This document shows positions 1-13,283 of a DNA stretch of 64,000 nt, piece after piece; the stretch's first letter is position 1, and each line of letters begins with the position of its first letter. The translations under genes were made by a program, and so were the position numbers. A model generated the notes under the pieces. That model made no database searches. It was not told where the DNA came from and saw only the letters and a program-made list of their open reading frames with translations. Origin of the DNA: Eledone cirrhosa (lineage: Eukaryota); assembly GCA_964016885.1 (NCBI GenBank), contig OZ024748.1, forward strand, positions 57,288,001-57,352,000, given 5' to 3'.

Positions 1-56
1 CACTTGGATCCATAGTCAGAGAGAAGTCTCAAGACATTGGTATCAAGGCGCTGCAC
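1..56 (-). CDS. FAM92: FAM92/CIBAR1-like gene, coding exon 4 (continues off the window edge)
   Basis: Acceptor ttcag|; translates VQRLDTNVLRLLSDYGSK in phase with the previous exon; resembles the FAM92 segment VERLEAKVVEPLKTYG. Confidence 0.8.
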   Translation of the reverse strand, partial: MQRLDTNVLRLLSDYGSK

Positions 57-693
57 CTGAAATTAACAAATGATGAACATTAAAGTGACAAATTGGCAGT
101 GTCATTACAACATCAGATAGAATACTTTGCATTATTTATTCCAGCTTACTAGACTCTGAGTTCAAAACCCACCAAGGTTAATTTTGTCTTTCATGCTTTT
201 GGGGTCGACACAAACAAATACCATTCCATTCTTGCTCTATATCACTTTATTATTTCCTCTCTCTCTCACTCTTATTTTCCTTCTCTAAGAGAAATTAACT
301 GTGTTCAAACCTGGAGGAGGGATGGCTACCACTAAGTTTTAAATACTGAAAGCACACCCTATGTCATGACGGCGCCCTTATGGATCCATGAAGTGGTACT
401 GGTGTTTTCATACGGCAGAATTGATAGAGTGTCGGACACCATGCTTTGCAGCATAGAGTTATGGCCCTTTACGGTCTGAGTTCAAATCCCGCCGAGGTTA
501 ACTTTGCCTTTCATCCTCACGGGGTCGATAAAATAAAGAACCAGTAATGCACTGGGGTAATAAGTAGAAACAATTATTATTTTTTTGTTGTTGTTTTCAA
601 AGTAAGCAGAGTTCCGTTTTTCATGATGCAATTATTGCCATAGAAATAAGAGAGCTTAATTCAGTGATTCCTAACCTTTTCACCTTTATTTAA

Positions 694-914
694 CCCCTTA
701 GCATTTAAACTGGCCATATCCGGTCAGAATTTTCTCACCTATTTCTGTTCAAACTGGCCATAACCAGCCACTCATACCAATGTTAAGGTATTGTTCTCAA
801 AATAAATAACATCAAAATCTCATAGATTTGATAGTATTTGAGATAATTATGTGAGATAAAGCCTTAACCATGAAAATATAATAGTAAATATAGAGTAATG
901 TGAATGGTAAAGGG
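694..914. mobile_element. piggyBac-like MITE
   Basis: TTAA|CCCCTTAGCATTTA ... TGAATGGTAAAGGG|TTAA termini with TTAA target duplication. Confidence 0.65.
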
Positions 915-1122
915 TTAAATGCTCCCCACATGAACAGCCAGGCACCTTACAATTACTCTCCTTCTAAACTGTGATAAGACAAGAATAAGACAGGTCATAG
1001 AATCATGTCTCAATTACATCTTCCATATTTGGGATGGTTTCTACTGCTGAGTGCTTTTCCTAATATCAACTAACTTTCAGTGTGGGATGGGTTTGTTTTA
1101 TGGTGGCACTAGCATGACCACT

Positions 1123-2066
1123 TTACAGAGTGTACTGGGAGTATTTTATCATGGCACCAACACTGCCATTATACAGAGTGTACTGGGAGTATTTTATCAT
1201 GGCACCAGCACTATCAGTTTACAGAGTGTACTGGGAGTATTTTATCATGGCACCAACACTGCCATTATACAGAGTGTACTGGGAGTATTTTATCATGGCA
1301 CCAGCACTATCATTTTACAGAGTGTACTGGGAGTATTTTATCATGGCACCAACACTGCCATTATACAGAGTGCACTGGGAGTATTTTATCATGGCACCAG
1401 CACTATCATTTTACAGAGTGTACTGGGAGTATTTTATCATGGCACCAACACTGCCATTATACAGAGTGTACTGGGAGTATTTTATCATGGCACCAGCACT
1501 ATCATTTTACAGAGTGTACTGGGAGTATTGTATCATGGCACCAGCACTATCATTTTACAGAGTGTACTGGGAGTATTTTATCATGGCACCAACACTGCCA
1601 TTATACAGAGTGTACTGGGAGTATTTTATCATGGCACCAGCACTATCATTTTACAGAGTGTACTGGGAGTATTGTATCATGGCACCAGCACTATCATTTT
1701 ACAGAGTGTACTGGGAGTATTTTATCATGGCACCAGCACTATCAGTTTACAGAGTGTACTGGGAGTATTTTTATCATGGCACCAGCACTATCAGTTTACA
1801 GAGTGTACTGGGAGTATTGTGTCATGGCACCAACACTGCCATTATACAGAGTGTACTGGGAGTATTTTATCATGGCACCAGCACTATCAGTTTACAGAGT
1901 GTACTGGGAGTATTTTATCATGGCACCAGCACTATCAGTTTACAGAGTGTACTGGGAGTATTTTATCATGGCAGCAGCTCTATCAGTTTACAGAGTGTAC
2001 TGGGAGTATTTTATCATGGCACCAGCACTATCAGTTTACAGAGTGTACTGGGAGTATTTTATCATG
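1123..2066. repeat. 48-bp minisatellite, ~20 copies, intronic in FAM92
   Basis: Unit acagagtgtactgggagtattttatcatggcacc+14 variable nt; period 48; two alternating variants. Confidence 0.97.
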
Positions 2067-2151
2067 ACACCAACACTACAACATTACAACAACAGTATTT
2101 TAAATATAATGTAATTACATTTTCCGACACCAACATAAAATACATCCTTAC

Positions 2152-2276
2152 CTCTGCCTGTCGATAGTCCTGAATTGTGGATAAATTCTCAGCAAACGTT
2201 GTCAGGCATTTCTTCGTTGAAGGATTCAAAGTTTCTTTGTCTACATAATTAACAATCAGCTGCGATATTTCATCAC
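2152..2276 (-). CDS. FAM92: FAM92/CIBAR1-like gene, coding exon 3
   Basis: aag|GT...GAG|gtaagg; (G)DEISQLIVNYVDKETLNPSTKKCLTTFAENLSTIQDYRQAE, with the FAM92 hallmark QDYRQAE. Confidence 0.88.
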
Positions 2277-3037
2277 CTTTTAATATAATAATTATTGTTT
2301 TGTTAATCTGAAGGCACACATTAAATGATACTTTACCAAACTTCCTAAAACTAACCTTTCTACTCCCCTCTCTCTTTCTTTCCTTGCTTGATCCCTTTTT
2401 CTTTTCCTTCTTTTTCATTTTTCTTCTTCCTTATTTGTTCCCTTTCATAGTGTTTATTTTTTTGTTTCTATCAGATACTGCTCAATAATTTTTATATAAT
2501 GTCAATGGCTTTTAATAAAACCTTATACTTTTATATCATTTTTAACATAAAATAAATCAAATAAAATTGCTTGTTTTAAAGTGATTACATTTATCAAAAA
2601 TCTTCCATCATGATTTCATCTACTAACTTTTTATTTAGTTATACACCAAACACTAGCTTAATGTTGAGAAAGTTAGTTTCATTACTAAATTCCTTTAAAT
2701 TATTGATTTTCTTTTCAACCCTGCCTTATCTCTATTCAATTGCCAACACTGTAGCCTCTGGTCTCACAACAACACATACATTTACTTTTAGAGGATTAGA
2801 TTTTATTTGGAGTTACTGCTCTACTAGATAGGTTGCCTCATACCTTCATAGTATGACTATATGAGTATATGAGTAATTTTAATTAAAATTCTCTCTGTTG
2901 CACACAAAAATAAGAAAGCATAACAGAATACTATGTAATGAATAAACATGACAATACTCATCCTTTTCCATTCAGAGGGTTTTAAAAAATCCCCACTATC
3001 AGGCTAATTTTGTTAATCAAAATACGGGATAAGCTTA

Positions 3038-3204
3038 CTGTATTTCCCGACATCGAAGACGCTACTTTTTTCCTAAAATAAGTCTCAAAAATCTACCATG
3101 CGTCCTGGAGACCGAAAGTTGTTTATTATTCTTTTTCAAATTTTGGATGTCAAAATTAGGGTGTGTCCTCGAGGACGAAGCGTCTTCGGCACCGGGAAAT
3201 ATGG
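3038..3204. mobile_element. Tc1/mariner/pogo-type MITE
   Basis: TA|CTGTATTTCCCGACATCGAAGACGC ... GCGTCTTCGGCACCGGGAAATATGG|TA inverted termini. Confidence 0.7.
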
Positions 3205-3246
3205 TATATTTCTACTTAGTATCATAAAAATTGTCAAATATCCAAC

Positions 3247-3362
3247 CTTTGTCCCTGATTCTTGCTGTTTTTCTAGTATAGGAGTTAAATGACACACAGA
3301 GGTCACCAAAATATTTTTCAACATGTGCTAGCCGGTCCTGAACAAATTTTGACGTAAATGGG
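3247..3362 (-). CDS. FAM92: FAM92/CIBAR1-like gene, coding exon 2
   Basis: Polypyrimidine-cag acceptor and |gttgga donor; PFTSKFVQDRLAHVEKYFGDLCVSFNSYTRKTARIRDK matches the FAM92 motif VEKHFGELC..F..Y.RKTARLRDK; phases consistent with neighbours. Confidence 0.9.
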
Positions 3363-3419
3363 CTGAAAAAAAAAGAGAGAAAACAGTAGAAAAAATTTCA
3401 TAAAATCTAAAGAAACATG

Positions 3420-4445
3420 ATTTCCAATTCAGATACAAGGCCAACAATTTGTGGGAAGGAGAAAGTTGACCACATCGACCTCAGTACCCGACTGTTACTT
3501 TATTGTATTGAATCGAGAAGGATGAAAGGTTAAGTTTACCTTGGGGGGATTTAAACTAAGAATGTAAAGAGTCGGAAGAAATATTAGTTTCTGATTTAAG
3601 CACAAGGCCAACAATATTGGGAGAAGGAAAATCCAATTAAATCAACCCCAGTGCATTACTAGTACTTTATTTTACTGATCCACTAAGGACAAAAGACAAA
3701 GATAACCTCAGCAGGATTTGAACTCAGATTGTAAAGGGGCGTAACCCTATGCCATAACGCATGCTGTCTGGCGCTCTACTGATACTGCGCCAATCCACTA
3801 CCCTCAGTTGGAAAAACAATTGCTAGGCATTTGTTGAAAACTCTAACAACTCTGCCAAGCCACATTAACTGTTATTGCTGATTAGGCCAGGTCAGTCTCA
3901 ACCAAAAAGACATATAGCTGTAAACACTTAAAATAAGTTTTGTGCCACAGACCTATAGGTGGTTTCAGGTATTTTAGTATCAAAAGTCTTCCAGAAGTAC
4001 AAGAAGAATAGGAGGGTGAAAGGGAGATAACCTATGTTGTCATAAAGGATAACTATTAAGTCAGTGTTGTGATACATTGATATATAGCACAGACGGATAT
4101 AGGGATAAGAGATAAGATCGATTTGTTTCCCTCCTGGCACCTGAATATATTCTATCAGTCCCTAATCCTCAAAGATGAAAAGGTTAATCGAAACCGAAGA
4201 CAAAAATCAAAATTCCACATTTACCCTTTAAAACAATGATTTCTACTATAGGCACAAGGCCAGCAATTTTGTGGGGAGGGGAAAGTCGATTAAATCGACT
4301 CCAGTGTATTACTGGTACTTTATTTTATCGACCCCGTAAGGATGAAAGGCAAAGCTAACCTCGGCGGGATTTGAACTCAGACCATAAAGGGACGTAAACT
4401 CTATGCTGCAAAGCATGGTGTCCGACACTCTACCGATACTGCCAG
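3420..4445 (-). mobile_element. Cluster of tRNA-derived SINE copies (family A)
   Basis: Reverse complements of the core gttcaaatcccgccgaggttaactttgcctttcatccttacggggtcgataaaataaagtaccag. Confidence 0.85.
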
Positions 4446-4530
4446 TCTGTCAACACAGACACACACTCAAACACACACACACCAGAAGACCATCCTTTTC
4501 CAAGTTTGAACACAGACGATTCCTCACGAA

Positions 4531-4562
<32 letters not shown>

Positions 4563-5075
4563 TCAACCCGGTAGACTGGTACTTTATTTATCGACCTCGA
4601 TAAGACGAAAAGCCAAATAGATCTCGGCGAAAGAGCAATAATAATAAAGACAACGCATTGGTATCGAAACTACGAAAAGCAATTAAACTGTTTGACGTGT
4701 AGCATCTAATTAGGCTCCTGGAAGGGGAACTTGGTAAATTAATTAAATATATAAAACAAATATGTAAAGAAAATGTTATGAAACAAAACAAAATGCATGA
4801 TGATACATGAAAAAATAAATTTTTTAAATGTCATCATTATATTTTCTTTACCAACAAAAAACAACAATAATAATAATAATAATAATTTAAAATTTCGAGA
4901 AAAAAAATTATTGATATAACATAATAATAATCCCCCGGTCCCCTCTTATTTATAGTCTTTTGCAGTGTTACTTTCTGATTGATTTCTATCGATTTATATC
5001 TTTTAGAATATATGTTATTCATTATATGTATTGCATAAATTGTTTATATATATACAAAATAAAATAAATAAAACG

Positions 5076-5123
<48 letters not shown>

Positions 5124-5754
5124 TATTATATATGTATTATACAATATATACAATATATGCATTATATGCAATATATACAGTAAAAAAAGTAATAAACTCA
5201 TAATCTAGAATATAAATATATTTGTTATAAATGTTAATTATCATAACTTATATTTGATTTAATAATTTCTTCATTACTCTATGTGAATAAATAAACCAAT
5301 TTCCATTCCGGGTTATCCTATATGTAAAGTTCGATTTTAAATCTACAGTTAATTATTGTAGGGAAATATTTTGGGAGAAACAATTTATTTCGTTCGCGGT
5401 TCTGAGTTAAAATTTTGCCAAGGTTAATTAATTTTGCCCTTCAGGCGTCTGGGAATCGATAAAGTAAAGTATCCAGTGATGGAGGGAGGTTGATTTAACC
5501 GACTAACTCGTTGTTCAGGAAATTTAAGGTTCTGTATCTTTGTTACAAAACGACTTATCGGAGAAAATGTGTGGCTTTCAGCTACGTCCCTTTATGTTTT
5601 GAGTTCAAATCCTGCCGAGGTCTAGTTTTACCTTTCATCATTCGAGGTCTATGGAATCGGCTTAACTCCATACACACACACACAGACAGACACAAAACTC
5701 CTGGCGTTGTGCCTAAATTAGAAACCATCATCATCATCATCATTTATTACATTA

Positions 5755-7000
5755 TTTCCCTTTACATTCTGAGTTCAAATCCCGATGGGGTTTACTTTGC
5801 TTTTCATCCTTACGGGGTCGATAAAATAAAGTACCAGTAATGTACTGGGATAATTGCTGGCCTTGTGCCAAAAGTAGAAACAATTATTATTATTATCCTT
5901 TACATTCAATGTTCAAATCATGCCAATGTTAGCTTTGCTTTTCGTCCTTGCGGGGTCAATAAAATAAAGTACCTGTAATGCACCGGAATCAACTTAATCA
6001 GCTTTCACCTTCCCTAAAATTGTTGGCCTTGTGCCAAAATCAGAAACCATTATTTTTAAGGGTCGGACGCCATGCTTTGACACATTGAGTTACGACCCTT
6101 GCCATTCTAAGTTCAAATCCCGCCGAGGTTAACTTTGCCTTTCATCCTTACAGGGTCGATAAAATAAAGTACCAGTAATACACTGGGTGATTGCTGGCCT
6201 TGTGCCAAAATCAGAAACCATTATTTTTAAGGGTCGGACGCCATGCTTTGACACATTGAGTTACGACCCTTGCCATTCTAAGTTCAAATCCCGCCGAGGT
6301 TAACTTTGCCTTTCATCCTTACAGGGTCGATAAAATAAAGTACCAGTAATACACTGAGTGATTGCTGGCCTTGTGCCAAAATCAGAAACCATTATTTTTA
6401 TTGCCCTTTACGTTCTGTGGTTAGCTTTGCTTTTCATTCCTATGGGGTCAATAAAATAAAGTACCTGTCACGCACTGGGTCGATTTAATTGACTTTACCT
6501 TTCCCTTTAAATTGCTGGCCTTGTGCCAAAAGTAGAAACAATTATTATTATTATTGATTTTGTTAATCAGATTTTCAAGAATTTCTGTCCCTGCTCTAGT
6601 TTATCTACTCATAATAAATTATACAATTACTGTTATTGCTGTAGGTCAATATTGAACGAGTAGATAAATGACCATCTCGTTGTTATTATTTTTTATTTAT
6701 TTTTATTTTTAAAGTATCCAATACGACGCAACCTATTATAACCGACGCATTTTTTAAAGTTGTGATTTGATAGAAATTTTGCTGCTGTTTCTAGCAGCTC
6801 CAGAGACCATGTAGAAGCTCATTATAAAGTTGCGTTCTAAACACTAGATACCAAGCTAATATATATTATTCCTTTATGGTCTGAGTTCAAATCCCGCCGA
6901 GGTTAACTTTGCCTTTCATCCTTACGGGGTCGATAAAATAAAGTACCAGTAATACACTGATATAATTGCTGGTCTTGTGCCAAAAGTAGAAACAATTATT
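5755..7000 (+). mobile_element. SINE family A cluster, including a ~170-bp tandem duplication (6061-6400)
   Basis: Several 5'-truncated copies in tandem; 6061-6230 and 6231-6400 nearly identical. Confidence 0.9.
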
Positions 7001-7592
7001 AGTAGAGATTAAAGTTTAAGCAAAGAATCTGTGCTTTCACCCTTTTACGGGATCTTCTTCGGATTTTGGTTTTCGTAATTATTATTATCACTAAATATAT
7101 ATAATATATATATACATGCGCGCGCGCACACACACACATGTATATATATATATATACACATACACACACACACATTTATGTCTCATATAAAATAATACAA
7201 CTGGCTATCCGCAATATACGTATAGTTAGCAGTACCCCAAACGTAAATTGGGATTATACTAAGGTATATCCTAATGTTTGTTGAGTGAGACGGAAGTCGG
7301 TCGGAGTATTGCTTAAAGCTTTCTCTGTTAATGTATTAAATATATATATATATATATGTGATTCAGTAGATTTATGGTTTACAGAGGAAGGTACCAATAT
7401 TAGCACTCTATGCTATAGCAGAGTATACACATTGTAAGTGAAATCACGCTTTGTTTTTCTTAATATATATATAGGAGGGGGGTATGCACGTATATGCATG
7501 GGTGCATGTGTATATTTACCTATATAGGCTCATATGGGTCAGTATTCGTGAATGTGTTAGTGCAGAAATGGGGAAAATGATGATGATATATA

Positions 7593-7696
7593 TAGGGTGT
7601 CCCCACAAAAAAATGTAAACACACTTCAACAGTAGTCTAATAAATATTGCGTGAACAGGTAATCAAAGAGTCTATACATTTTGCGGGGACATCCTG
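7593..7696. mobile_element. ~100-bp Tc1/mariner MITE
   Basis: TIRs AGGGTGTCCCCACAAAA / TTTTGCGGGGACATCCTG. Confidence 0.6.
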
Positions 7697-7756
7697 TGTG
7701 TGTGTGTGTAATCAAATATATATGTGGAAAAATTAGCTTTCAAAACATTTTTAATT

Positions 7757-7791
<35 letters not shown>

Positions 7792-7888
7792 TATATATAA
7801 CAGATAAACTTTGGCTCATAAAAAGCTGTCTGGGTGTAGAACTACACCGTCTTTGACTGTGGAATGGTAAAGGCTAACTATGACTAAC

Positions 7889-7932
7889 TCGAAAGAAATG
7901 TACATCTCTCGCAGACTTCCAGAATTCGACAT
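7889..7932 (-). CDS. FAM92: Candidate first coding exon of the FAM92/CIBAR1-like gene
   Basis: ATG at 7932 gives MSNSGSLREMYISF with a phase-2 donor |gttagt (alternative phase-2 donor |gtacat at 7904); exon 2 requires a phase-2 donor. Confidence 0.55.
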
Positions 7933-9090
7933 TCTTTATAAAGTTTTCCGATAAGTCAGTGGAGATGGTGCTCTTAGTTCAAATTGTTTGTGCGAAATTA
8001 AAGTGGGCTAATAAATGTAATTCATGTGTAAATAATAGTATTTACCTAGCTGAAAGTTCGGCGGCAGATCGATTCATTGTTTAAAAAACAACAACAAACT
8101 CTGTTGTCAGTGGGAACAATAAAAGCAACAACGTTATTGAATCTGATCTCACAAAACTGAAGAGTTCCACAAAGTTGCGGCGTTACATTTAAACTACTAA
8201 CAGAGTTGTCTTTCATTAATAGAAACGGTAGGATTGGTTTGTGTTCTTGTGTTCGTAGCAGAGAGGGTGGTATTGGTTGTAGTGGTATTAATAGCGGCGT
8301 TTGTGGTGTTGTAGCTGTGGTGGTAATGTTGGTGTTAGTGGCTGTGGTGGTAATGGTGGTATCAGTAATGGTAATCTTCGTGTTAGTGTGGTGGTTATAG
8401 TTGTGTTAGTGGTGTTATGATGGTGAAGGTATTGTGGCTGTGGTGATAGTGTAGTGGTGGTGGTGGTCTGGTGGTTGCTGTTGTTGTTTTTCAGCTCCAA
8501 TTTAACCCTGGGCGAGCAGACTAATGAGCAACTATAGGCTGTCTCTATCTTCCCATTATTAAAGAAGAAAATACCAATTAGTTTAGTAGTTTATACCTTT
8601 ATACCAATGTGGATTTACTTTCTGATTATTACGAGATTGATAAAAAAAATAAGTACAGAAAATAAAAATTTAAAGATAATGGTTCCGTAAGGTCACATTC
8701 TAATTACTGAAATCATAACTGAAATTTATTTAGCGAATATCTAGTATAATCCAAGGGAAGTAACTCAACTTGCGTGTTTCTTTGTTAATTCCCCTTAAAT
8801 GCAGATCGCTTATTAAGGTTTTATACAAAGGTGTGAGTGGTTGTTGTGATCGTGGTGCTGTCGTCATACGGCAGTCTCTTACAGTATTTAGTTACAGAAA
8901 TCTAGTTTCTGAGTTTAAACCCCTCCGATATTTACTTTATCTTTAAACTTTCAAGATCGATAAAATAAAGTATATATATATATATATACTTTATTTTATC
9001 GATCTTTATTTTATCGATCCATCCAGTGAATATCCAACCGATAAAGTATGATTTTCATGGGTATGTCTCTATTTATAAAACACACTTAGT

Positions 9091-9151
9091 ATTTTATCTG
9101 ATGAAAGAGTACCAATGTGTCTTGGTACCTTTGAAATATATATAATAAAGT
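9091..9151 (+). ncRNA. Minimal type-I hammerhead ribozyme motif (family H2)
   Basis: attttat-CTGATGA-aagagtaccaa(tgtgtc)ttggtaccttt-GAAA-tatata-TA^ataaagt; stems I and II pair. Confidence 0.7.
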
Positions 9152-9354
9152 AAATATGGTTTAATAAATATAGTTTCCATTTATTTAATATCATTGTGTG
9201 TATATATATATATATCTGTCAAGAAATAGCCGTCGAAACGGCTTGAGCTCTGCCGTCGGGATTTGAACATTTTCCTATTACCCACTCTACTACCCTAAGT
9301 ATTGAGTACTCTGGTGCGTTATGGTTCACCTGGTTCCTTACCACACTTCCTTCG

Positions 9355-9406
<52 letters not shown>

Positions 9407-9599
9407 CATTTTAAAGGGTCCGTCGAGCTGCCGATTATAGAGTCGGGTAAGATCGATACAGATCGAACCATGAGCTGATCAGTGGCGAAACGCGCGTCAC
9501 CTACCAATAAATGTAATGAAGGGGTAACCAATCGTCCTTGTTATCCTTTCAATATATATATATAGTCTAAAATCTGTCTTAAGCCATTTAAGACTCATT

Positions 9600-9830
9600 T
9601 GGCCGGTGCTTATCCCGGTTTCATGGCTGGAAGCGACTGAGAGTACAAGACTCCCCCCTGGACAAGACGCCTGTCCATCGCAGCGTTAAACCCCCAGCTA
9701 TTGCTGGTACTCATTTTCAGCTGAGTATACTGGAGCAACGTGAAATGAAGTGTTTTGCTCAAGAACACAACACGCAACCCAGGAATCGAACCCACGACAT
9801 TGTGATCTAAGTCCAACACCCTAACCACTA
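9600..9830 (-). mobile_element. tRNA-derived SINE family B (related copies ~15000-15245 +, ~23160-23370 -, ~39800-40020 +, ~40620-40820 -)
   Basis: A-box tagtggttaggg, B-box ggttcgattcc, followed by the gtgttcttgagcaaaacacttcatttcacgttgctcc core. Confidence 0.8.
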
Positions 9831-9837
9831 GGTATAT

Positions 9838-10194
9838 TTAGGCGGGTAAAATTCCTAAGATCCATGGACGAGTTCTCTCCAACGTTCCCTGTCCGTCATC
9901 ATAGCTGCTATGTGCGCCGCCTCCCGGCGACCACTGTCTGTCCTTAAGGCATCAACACATGTCATCCTCCGTCGCCCTCTTCCAGTGTCTCCCTGTAGAG
10001 GCTCCTACAGGACTATTGCGTGCCGTGTATTCTTTGAATGACGGTGAGCATGTCCAGCTAACCTCAGTTTCCTCTGTGTCACTTTCGATCTGGAAGATCA
10101 ACTAACAATTACATGCTGATGCTGAGGAGGATTCTAGAGGGAGCTAGCACAAATAGCCTTCTCACTGTCATCACTTTCATTTACTTCAGGAAGG
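9838..10194. mobile_element. Short RTE LINE copy with internal inversion (3' end on -, RT piece on +), same family as 47111-49365
   Basis: 9838-~10088 matches the 3' end at 47112-47360; ~10090-10194 on + encodes HMLMLRRILEGA...FIYFRKA, as in the 47 kb RT. Confidence 0.75.
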
Positions 10195-11520
10195 CCCGTA
10201 TTAATTTTGGTGTTACTCTTTCAGAACCGTTCGTAGTGGAAAATGGTGTAAGTTCGAGCGACCTTGAAGCACCAACACTGTTCGCTATGTATTTTGCGGC
10301 GATGCTGTCTTTGCAACATCAACAGTCTTTTCCAATATCGCTCTTCAGGCAATCTGTTCAATCTAACTAGAATGAGATTCAACTATAAAATCTTCACTCT
10401 TTGATCCGTGACTTTCTATATGATGACTGCGACCTAATAAGTCACCCCGAGGAGGAGGGTTTGCAAAGCCCGATCAGTGGTTTCAGCGCTGCTTCTAATG
10501 TGTTCGGTCTTATAATTAATTTGGAAAAGACTGTTGTAATACACCAACCTGTTCCTGGGTATAATGTTAAGGACGGTGACCTCCTTTGAATACCTTAACA
10601 GTAGGATACAAGCTGATGACAAAGTAGATACTGAAATCCCATCTCGTATACGAAAGGCAACAAAAGCCTTTGTTGGACTAATTGGAGACTAAGATTGTTG
10701 TATACGTCTCATTTGTACTCTCCGTACTAATGTAGACATCCAAGACATGGACAATGTACACAGTTTCAACAAAGCTGCTTCTGGTATATATACAAGATAA
10801 ACTGGAACACATTCGTTCCAGATATTGAGATTCTTGCTAGGGCAAAAGTTACATCTACTCAAGCTATGTTTAAGAATCAGTTAAAATGGACAGGTCACAT
10901 GATTTGTATGGGTGAAGGACGCATCCCCAAGAAAATATTTTATGGCGAACTCAAGCTGGGAAAAAGTTTAAATAGTAAGCCGAAGAGATACAGAGACTCT
11001 AAAAGCGAACTTAAAATACCTGAAGATATCCCACAAAAATGTTGCATCATGTGCAGCAGATAGTGGAGCCTGGAGAAATGTTATTTGGAATGAAGTTAAA
11101 GCATTTGAAACGGAGAGGGTAAAATATGCAGAACTGAAAAGAAAAGTGCGGAAGAATGAGACTGTAATAATGATGAATCTTGTCCAACGTTGGTTTTTCA
11201 ATGCCCTGTATGCCCTAGGCTAGCTTGAAGTCACACCAATGAGCACATGAGGATAAAGTCCCAGCTGAATATACAAACTTCGTTGCAGAAAATCAGTTCC
11301 AGTGCCATTTTAGTAAGAAAATGTGCAAATCAGGTGGGACATTGAAGCACATCTAAATATACACAATAGGCACACCCAAAGTAGAAACAAGAACGAAATA
11401 AAACATCATTTGTGGGCGGGTGTTTCACAGGCTTTCAAGACTCAAAAGTCATTTGAGATATCATGTCAGAAAGGAACAGACATAAAGTGCAAGAAGTAGT
11501 CAAGCTTTGTATGCAGCAGA
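10195..11520 (+). mobile_element. Degenerate RTE-clade LINE 3' half (different family)
   Basis: Broken RT remnants (LAPTLF, FLYDDC, FGLIINLEKT, QLKWTGHMICMGEGRIPKKIFYGEL) with stops and frameshifts. Confidence 0.8.
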
Positions 11521-11712
11521 CGACCTTCATTATGGTGGATTGGCAGTATCAGTAGAGGGTCGGACGCCATGCTTTGATACATAGAGTTACGGCCCTTGCC
11601 ATTCTGAATTCAAATCCCGCCGAGGTTAACTTTGCCTATCACCCTTACGAGGTCGATAAAATAAAATACCAGTAATACACTGGTGATTGGTGGCCTTGTA
11701 TCAACATGTATA

Positions 11713-11750
<38 letters not shown>

Positions 11751-12018
11751 GTCGTCTGCTCCATACAAAGCTTGACTAATCCTTGGACTTTATGTCTATT
11801 TCTTTATATATATAAAGTTATATCTGTATACATAGAGTGGGTAATCGAAACTGTACCGATGTGTGTAAAGAAATATACACATATTTAATATGTAATCATG
11901 TATACATACCAGAACTAGCGAATTAAGCTATTAATCGAAAAAATGACAAACACTTTTAACCTCGGCTGACCACTCAGTATGTATACATATATAACTTTAT
12001 CGTACACTTCGGCTGTTA

Positions 12019-12083
<65 letters not shown>

Positions 12084-13167
12084 CTGCATCATACATTGTA
12101 TGACCATGCTGGCCCATTGAGTTTAAGGTACAGTCCATCCGATGAGCTTCCGAACAGTTGACGTCTGCCTAATTCCATTCACAAACATGGTTTGACCTGA
12201 GGCTTGGTAAAGAAATACTGTCCAAGATATCATGTAGTTGGGTTGAACCTAGGACCTAATGATTGTGAAGCAATTGATAAAATAAACTGAAGACGAGACT
12301 GGTGAATAAATGATTTTAGTATCAAAAATAAATTATAAAATAATTATATATATATACGCACGCACACACATTATATAGATTTAATCTTTGTTCACACACT
12401 ATATATATATTTGTGTATAGTTAATGTGAAGAAGGTATTAGCCCTGAAATATCATGTTGAAATATACTGGGTAAAACATTGCTTTTTCTTTTTTTCATTA
12501 TTTGTAAACAATTAGAATTTAAAATTAGAAACAATTATTTGCCCTTTGCCTTTTATATATTTCTACTGCATTGTACCGGCTTTTATTTAAATAAAAAAGT
12601 GTTTATTTTCTTCGTTTTTTGGGGGTTCTTTTTGTAACACGCAACAAAAAAATAAGAAACATTTTATTTTGGCCTTTGGATTTAATTCTTTTCTTTTTAG
12701 ACCCCTTTCGATCGAATTACAGAAGTTTTCTATAGTTTTTCTCCGTAATAGGTATAATGTTTTCTTTCTGTGTTGCGTTGAGTACTGCCGAGGAAATAAC
12801 TTCTCGAATTTTATAAAACGGACACCATTTCATATCATTCACTTCTTGCTGTCACTACACCTATGGTAACGAAGGGTCCTCGATCTGCTAGAATAGAAAT
12901 AGCAGTTAAATCCCAATCCAACCCCGACTATTGTGTTTAAAAAATGCTACTTCAGTTAACGTTAATAATAATAGTAATAAACTACATGATGGTTACGGCT
13001 TGCATATAGGAGCTAAAGTGGAGCTAAACAACAACAGCAACAAAAATAATAACAACAACTCCCGTTGTAAAAAAATACATATATATATATATTTCTCGGA
13101 AGATTTAACAACTTGCTATATTTGGCACACAACGATAAAAAATAATCCTTCCTATTTCATGTCTATT

Positions 13168-13283
13168 GTTCAAATCCCGCCGAGGTTAACTTTGCCTTTC
13201 ATCCTTACTGGGTCGATAAAATAAAGTACCAGTAATGTACTGAGTAATTTCTGGCCTTGTGCCAAAAGTAGAAACAATTATTA
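13168..13283 (+). mobile_element. 5'-truncated SINE family A abutting the CARNS1 stop codon
   Basis: Core plus the gccttgtgccaaaagtagaaacaattatta tail. Confidence 0.9.

Noticed and set aside
1051-2167. 338/345-aa repeat ORFs, or a CRISPR-like array
   Set aside because: A 48-bp minisatellite in an intron; the 'spacers' are only two recurring variants, there are no cas genes and the context is eukaryotic
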